This document shows, one piece after another, positions 54,668-64,000 of a stretch of 64,000 nucleotides of DNA. The DNA lies in NCBI RefSeq assembly GCF_009914755.1, contig NC_060940.1, one strand, 5' to 3'. The translations under genes and the position numbers were made by a program. The stretch comes from the human T2T-CHM13v2.0 reference genome, Homo sapiens. Within the stretch, counting starts at the first letter, position 1, and the number at the start of each line of letters is the position of its first letter. The notes beneath the pieces were generated by a model, which was not told the origin of the DNA, searched no databases, and was given only the letters and a program-made list of their open reading frames with translations.

Positions 54668-55323
54668 CCACGAATTGGCAAACTTTTTCTGTAAAAGGCT
54701 AAATAGTAAACATTTTAGGCTTTGCGGACCATATCACAGTCTCTCTTACTACTATTCAATTCTGCCACTGTAGCACAAGAGCAAGAATGTATAAACAATA
54801 TGCAAGCAAACCACTGTGGCTGCATTCCAGTACAACTTCATTCAGAAACATACAAACTTGAATTTCATAGTAATTTTCACATGTCACAAAATTCTTCTTT
54901 CTTTTTTTGAGATGGGGTCTCACAAGTCTCACCCAGTTCTCTCATGAGAACATGCAATGGCACGGTCTCAGCTCACTGTAACCTCTGCCTTCCAGGCTCA
55001 AGTGATCCTCCCATCTCAGCCTCCTGAGTAGCTGGGACCACAGGTTTGCCACCATGCTGGCTAACTTTTGTATTTTTTGTAGAAATGGGGTTTCACCATG
55101 TTGCCCAGGCTAATCTCGAACTCCTGAGCTCAGGTGATCAGCCCACCTCAGCCTCCCAAAGTGCTGGGATTACAGGCATGAGCCCCCATGATTGGCCACA
55201 AAATTCTCCTTTTGACTTTTTTTTTTACCCAACCATTAGAAAAATGTAAAAACCATTCCGTATGGGCCATAAAAAAAGAGGTGGCAGGCCAGATGCAGTC
55301 CTGGGGTATAGTTTGCCAACCTG
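54668..55323 (+). mobile_element. MER58-like hAT element interrupted by a minus-strand Alu (54900-55197)
   Basis: ttggcaaactttttctgtaaa...tagtttgccaacctg ends; Alu TSD cacaaaattct(t/c)cttt. Confidence 0.75.
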
Positions 55324-55623
55324 TTTTAGACTATTATTGATGCTCTGTTTTGAACATGCTTGCCCACCTCCCCACCACCACTATTCTGTGGAATGCCTCT
55401 TATTATGCTCAATTAGTAAAGCTCAAAGTATCCTGCCATGTCTTTTTATGCACACTGCAACCACTTAAGTATTGACAGCAAAGTGAAGAGATAAAGCTTT
55501 GCCTCAATGAGCCACAAACCCCATCCTGCAGAGTGGCTGAGGAACACCACAGGTGCCACTGTTCTCAGAAAGCACTGACAACAGCTGAAAGAGAAAAAAC
55601 AAAAGGCTGCAGAGAAAACTCAC

Positions 55624-55826
55624 TGTTGGAACTGGCATAGAGGGTCCGAAGGGAAAAGCCACTGAGTGTTAGCTCCCTCAGCTGATTCCGCCCACAGTGC
55701 AGCTGTTCCAAGCTGCATAAGGAGCTAAGATCCAAGTCAGTCAGTCGGTTGTCCCGCAGATCCACGTGGGTGATGTGTTTATTTCCCTCCAGATTTTCAA
55801 TAACCATGGTTTTCAAATGGTTCATC
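55624..55826 (-). CDS. PHLPP2: PHLPP2 exon (LRR)
   Basis: gtattaag|G...A|gtgagt; 203 nt; [28 protein letters not shown]... Confidence 0.92.
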
Positions 55827-55904
55827 CTTAATACGCAGAAACAAGAAAATAATCATAAATAAGAGTCTATTAAATGTGCTTACCAGAATAAAAATAAAAA
55901 ATAG

Positions 55905-56220
<316 letters not shown>

Positions 56221-57205
56221 CCCTTTCTCTGTTTCCTAAACAACTTAAGAATTTCACTACTCGCCTCATTTTGCAAGGTACTATATAAATAATTACAGTT
56301 GATGAATAACTCAAGGTACAGCTAAGTTAGACAATCCAAATTGGCAAATACGTATACAAATTAATAAAGAGAAGGAAAAAAGAGGCCATATCTACGAACA
56401 GTTAAACACTTATATCCAAATACCTAATAATGTCAGGTGGGCACTAAGTAGGACAAAGGAACAGGAAGATGAACACAACCTTTTGAGTCAGTGAGTAGCA
56501 AAGCAGTCACAACAGTACCATGTCCAGAGTATAAGGATGGAGCCATACTTCTTCCTGTTGCTATGCCTGCTCTATCTCTAGAGCTAAGGTTCAAACATAA
56601 AATTAATTAACAGACAAGGAAATAATCTGCACATATATATATATATATATATGGAAGAGTTCAAAGGCAAATTATAGAAAATGACCTCTGGGTTTTTTTC
56701 TACACAGGTGTATGATTTAATTTATGCAGGTCTATTCTCACTTTCCTGTATTTCTATAAATCTCTCTCTTAAGTCTCCAGTGTGGTTTAAAAAAAAAAAA
56801 AAACTCTCTTACTGTCTTTACAAGCTACATCAATGGCTTACTGTAAATAACAGAACATCCAGTAGGTGTCTTTTTACCAGCTTCCTTTAGGAAAATATTA
56901 TGACTAGAAAATAAAACTCTCATAAAAAGTTCTTAGTAATGAAACCCTTAACATTTTAATTGTAATACAATGGGTATCAAGAAGAAACCCAATGACTCAA
57001 CAGAAAAATGGTCATTTATGGAAATCTACAAACTACTAATATACATATAAAAAGATGTTCAACCTCACTGCTATGTAAATAAACGTTGATTAAAACAATG
57101 AAATACTTTTTTCAACCTACTAGACTGATGATAAATAAAAAGAAATGCTAAAATCCAATACTGACAAAGATATGAGAAAATGGGAATTCTCATAAAATGG
57201 TGGAG

Positions 57206-57813
57206 GGGTCGGGCACACTGGCTCACACCTGTAATCCCAACACTTTAGGAGGCCAAGGCAGGAGGATTACTTGAGCCAGGGAGTTCAAGACCAGCCTGGG
57301 CAACACAGCAAGACCCCATCTCTATAAAAAATTTTTAAAATAAAAAATATACACTGATGGGAGGGTAAGTGAGAACAATCTTTGTCAAAGGCAATTTGAT
57401 AGTCTCTATCACATGGTACAACTACCTGATCCTTAATCTCTCTGCTACTGAGTGATAAATAAAGTCTTACTATACCTTTGAAAACATATATTTCTACACT
57501 ATTCAAAAAACCTAAAGTTATGGGCCAGGTGCGGTGGCTGTAATCCCAGCACTTTGGGAGGCTGAGGTGGGTGGACTGCTCGAGTCCAGGAGTTCGAGAC
57601 CTGCCTGCACAACATGGTGAAACCTCATCTCTACTAAAAGTAGAAAAAAATTAGCCAGGCCTCGTGGTGCGCACCTGAAGTCCCAACTACTCGGGAGGCT
57701 GAGGTGGGAGAATCGCCTGAGAACGGGAGGTCAAGACTGCAGTGGGCCGAGATCGTGCCACTGTATGCCAGCTTGGGTGACAAAGTGAGACCTTGTCTCA
57801 AAACAACAACAAA
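57206..57813 (+). mobile_element. Alu monomer (57206-57345) and Alu (57523-57813)
   Basis: Alu consensus. Confidence 0.9.
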
Positions 57814-57914
57814 ATTTTAAAAACCCTAATGTTTTAAACAAATCTTCATAAACAGAAGACATAAAGGTCCACCAGAGTCAATTTAAAGGAAGGTGTGGTA
57901 AAGAATAACCTTAC

Positions 57915-58145
57915 CTTAAATCCACATGCTTGATATGGTTCATCCTATTCAGCACCCCTAAGTTCAGGACTTCCAGGCAATTTCCTGCCATAACCACTCT
58001 ATCTAACATAGTGAGTTTCTCATAAACCTCAGGAATTTGACTAAAGTTGTTGAAGGAAATTCCCAAGGAGGAAAGCTGTTGTAGATTTCCCAATTCTTCA
58101 GGTAAAGTAGTCAGAAAGTTGCCATCAAGACAGAGGGTTTGAAGA
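57915..58145 (-). CDS. PHLPP2: PHLPP2 exon (LRR)
   Basis: cctatag|T...AG|gtaagg; 231 nt; [21 protein letters not shown]... Confidence 0.93.
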
Positions 58146-58548
58146 CTATAGGAAGAAAACAAAACAAGTCTACTTTATGAAAGGTTTCACTGGAATGCAC
58201 AGAATCAGAGTTAGGGATTCTGATTTATGTCACTAATTTATTATCAATCCCAAAATAGTAAAGTGTCCTAACTCTCCATCTATGCAGACTTAATAGATGA
58301 TTTACACACAACTTAAACAAATGGTCCCTCCAACATTAAAAGAGTTAAGACCGCTGCTGTTGAAGCTGAGGGATCAGTCACTGCTATGGGCAGGTATATC
58401 TCTGAGGTCAAAAACTGCTGCTGACTAGAATCCTAAGTAGTACATGATATAGTTCACTGCAAGAGTTCAAGATACTACCTTCATTCCAAACCCCAGGCAA
58501 GTTCCTTATTCTGCAAGGGAAAAGAGGAATCTAGTAAAAGTTACTTAC

Positions 58549-58695
58549 TTTAGCAGATTGCCAATTTGACTTGGTAGGTCATGAAATCCATTACAGGAAA
58601 GGTTGAGCTCAGTCAGGGTAGAGATCTCGCATAACAATATAGGAAACAACCCAAGTTTATTATGGGACAAGTTCAGGCCCTTCAGTTGAGAAAAT
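58549..58695 (-). CDS. PHLPP2: PHLPP2 exon (LRR)
   Basis: ctctttag|A...AA|gtaagt; 147 nt; [18 protein letters not shown]... Confidence 0.93.
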
Positions 58696-58960
58696 CTAAA
58701 GAGCAAAGGCAAAAATGGGTATTGCATTTCAATACATCTATTACTGTATCTTTACAAGGGACATCAACGGCCTTTGATATCTATTTTAAATGTCTATAAT
58801 AGAATTTATTCCAAAAATACTTATTGAGCACTCGCTGCATATCAAACACTGAGTGGGGACAGAGGACACCAAGATGACTAATTCACAGTCCATGTGATGA
58901 AGGAAACCACGTCTAGCATTACAGGAGCTCTCTTTTCTCCTTAAAAAGGAAGACAATCTT

Positions 58961-59344
<384 letters not shown>

Positions 59345-60910
59345 TTATTAAATTTCTACATGTAATATACAAAATCCTTGCAAGAATTAATCAACTCATA
59401 GACAGAGCAATAGCTAACAAATAGGTAGATCAAATCCCATTTATAAGCAACTTCTACTTTCATACTGAAATTATGTTGGCTAAAATGTCACATAAAATGA
59501 ATAAACCAGTTAGAGCTTGAAAATACAAATGTGACAGCATTTTACCATTATGTGACCTGATACACAACACAAAATAATTTTTAGTGCTTCTATTTTGTTC
59601 ATGGAAGTAAAAGTATCTATATTGTCTTACCCAGAGATAGCATTGTTATAAAATGGATCTCCTGGGTTTCTTCTTGATATCCACTGCATTATAATTAAGA
59701 TGTTAAAGGTTTCATTACTAAGAACTTTTTATGAGAGACTCTGGTAATTCCACTGGGGAGTAGGATACTTCGTTATTATACAAGTGCAAGATGGTAAGGC
59801 TGAGATGTTCTCCATGATGATGATCTATCACCTACTTTTAGATTTGAATCCCTGGTACCTCACTGTAACGCTTCTCTTCCAAATTTTCAACTTCTGATTT
59901 CCGGATGACCTAACCTTGATTACTGATTATTCCTTTGGCTTGGTGCTTTAAATTCAGAATTTATGATACAGCCCTCAAACTGGACTAATTCTTTTTCATA
60001 GCAACTCACAAAGAAATGCTAGAAACCAACTTCCTTAAAATTATTGCTTGTTTTCATTTTTACATGCCAATATTACTAAAATAACTACCTCATTACTAAA
60101 CAGAGGCTTATACTTGAAACACTTTCTAAAACAATTATCAGATGAGATTAAAAAAACAACATTTTCTGGACATTAGAATTATTAGCTATTAAGGAAGTAC
60201 GTAAAATATGTCATTTTAATGTATATTATCTTTTTAGTCACCATCTAATTTAAATCACTTTGAATGCTTTAATTTCCAATTTCTCCCTTCTCCTCCAGAA
60301 GCCCAGACAATTACTTACAACACATATTTATTCACTGCGTCCATTTTTAAGTGGAGGAATGAGGTGGGATGAGTGGAGTGTGGGAATAGGGTATATATTT
60401 TAATAAAGGACATGGAATAACAAGTAGGTCATAGTACTGTAGGGCTAAAATGGTTCCTGTATTAGAACAGAGAAGCTTCACAGCTGACTAAACGCATAAG
60501 AGTTGGCAGTGGAAGGTACAAAGAGAAGATAGAGCCTTGTCTCTCAGAGTGAAATTCTTATAATTAGGCCTATCTCCTTTAAGTTACTGAAATTTTATAC
60601 TTCTAATTCAAAAATTTCCCGTATACTAAATCTCTTGATGTAACTTGGCAGCAGATCATACATCGGTGTCAATGATTCACATGAAAAGATTACCCAGATC
60701 AACAGAAGCTCACAGAACATTTACATCAATCTTCTGTTTTATGGGGGGAAAGGGCAGGTAGGAGAACTCTGTGAATAAACATTTTTACTTCCTCTTCAAA
60801 AGGGAGGGGAAATTTTAGAATATACATACAATGGTAGCAGGTAGAAGCCATAAGATACTGATTATGAGTTGGTTTTAACAGGTTAGTCTGGAAACCCATT
60901 CTCCACATAC

Positions 60911-61065
60911 TTGTAGAGTGTATCGAGGCCTCCGGGTCTTTCTAACTGCATGAAGTTGTGTCGCAAGTTGAGGTAGGTAATATCTTGACTATAGAAGAGA
61001 TGCTCAGGAACCTCCTCGAGGCTGTAACACGAGAGATCCACGGTACTGATTCGCTGGGACACCAC
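60911..61065 (-). CDS. PHLPP2: PHLPP2 exon (start of LRR region)
   Basis: attcag|GTG...AA|gtatgt; 155 nt; [23 protein letters not shown]... Confidence 0.93.
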
Positions 61066-61356
61066 CTGAATAATGTCAAAGAGAAGAGCCTTCTGAGCTA
61101 GTACTGGATGTCTATCACCCAGCAAAGAATGGAATGGCATTTACACAAAAAGACGCTAATTAAAAAGATAGGAAAAAAAAAGGCAATAAGATCCAATTAT
61201 TCATTTATAAATACCAGTTAATTTTTACTTTTTCCTAAAACCATAAGCTGCTTGAAAAACAAGGGTATAAATTATAAAGTCTCTATAAGTACAAGGTTAA
61301 AAAAAAACACATATCATTAAAGATGGAAAGTTAACACTTCATGCAAGAAGTAATCT

Positions 61357-63762
<2,406 letters not shown>

Positions 63763-64000
63763 CTGAAGAAGAGGAGGGGAGAAAACCAGAACCACTAAAA
63801 AAAAAAATCCTAGTCAAAAAGCAAAAGGCAATCACAAGACGAACAACTGAATTTTTAAAAATAGTTATTTTTTATTTTTTCTCTCTCCCTCCTTGTCCCC
63901 CTCCATCTGCCAATGGGTCACACATGAACACACCCAAGGAGTACACAATGATCCCAACACATTAGCTGTGCTTTTGCTCTATCACCAGCAGCTGGGTAGC

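Overview
Alu-dense primate (very likely human, chr16q22) genomic DNA with two convergent protein-coding genes. Plus strand: complete MARVELD3 (tight-junction tetraspan). It has a CpG-island promoter, shared exons 1-2 (5395-5861, 8533-8660) and two mutually exclusive terminal exons, each encoding a whole paralogous MARVEL domain (13360-13970 gives 401 aa; 19554-20191 gives 410 aa). Minus strand: the last 15 coding exons of PHLPP2 (63762 to stop at 28044; 3363 nt, 1120 aa in this window; end of PH domain, LRRs, degenerate PP2C domain, PDZ ligand DTAL) and a ~3.9 kb 3'UTR. I checked all splice junctions by hand: they are GT-AG and the phases are consistent. The window also holds about 50 Alu pieces, a U6 retrocopy, MST LTR, MER47, MER5A, MER58 and L1/L2 fragments, and a ~700 bp GGGT/GGAT array upstream of the MARVELD3 promoter. 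I found no convincing wholly new biological system. The best leads are regulatory: Alu-pairing that may control terminal-exon choice and exon skipping, a candidate antisense terminal exon inside MARVELD3, NMD-escaping soluble MARVELD3 forms, and a U6/Alu double insertion at one target site. Gene names and repeat family calls come from recognition, not database searches.
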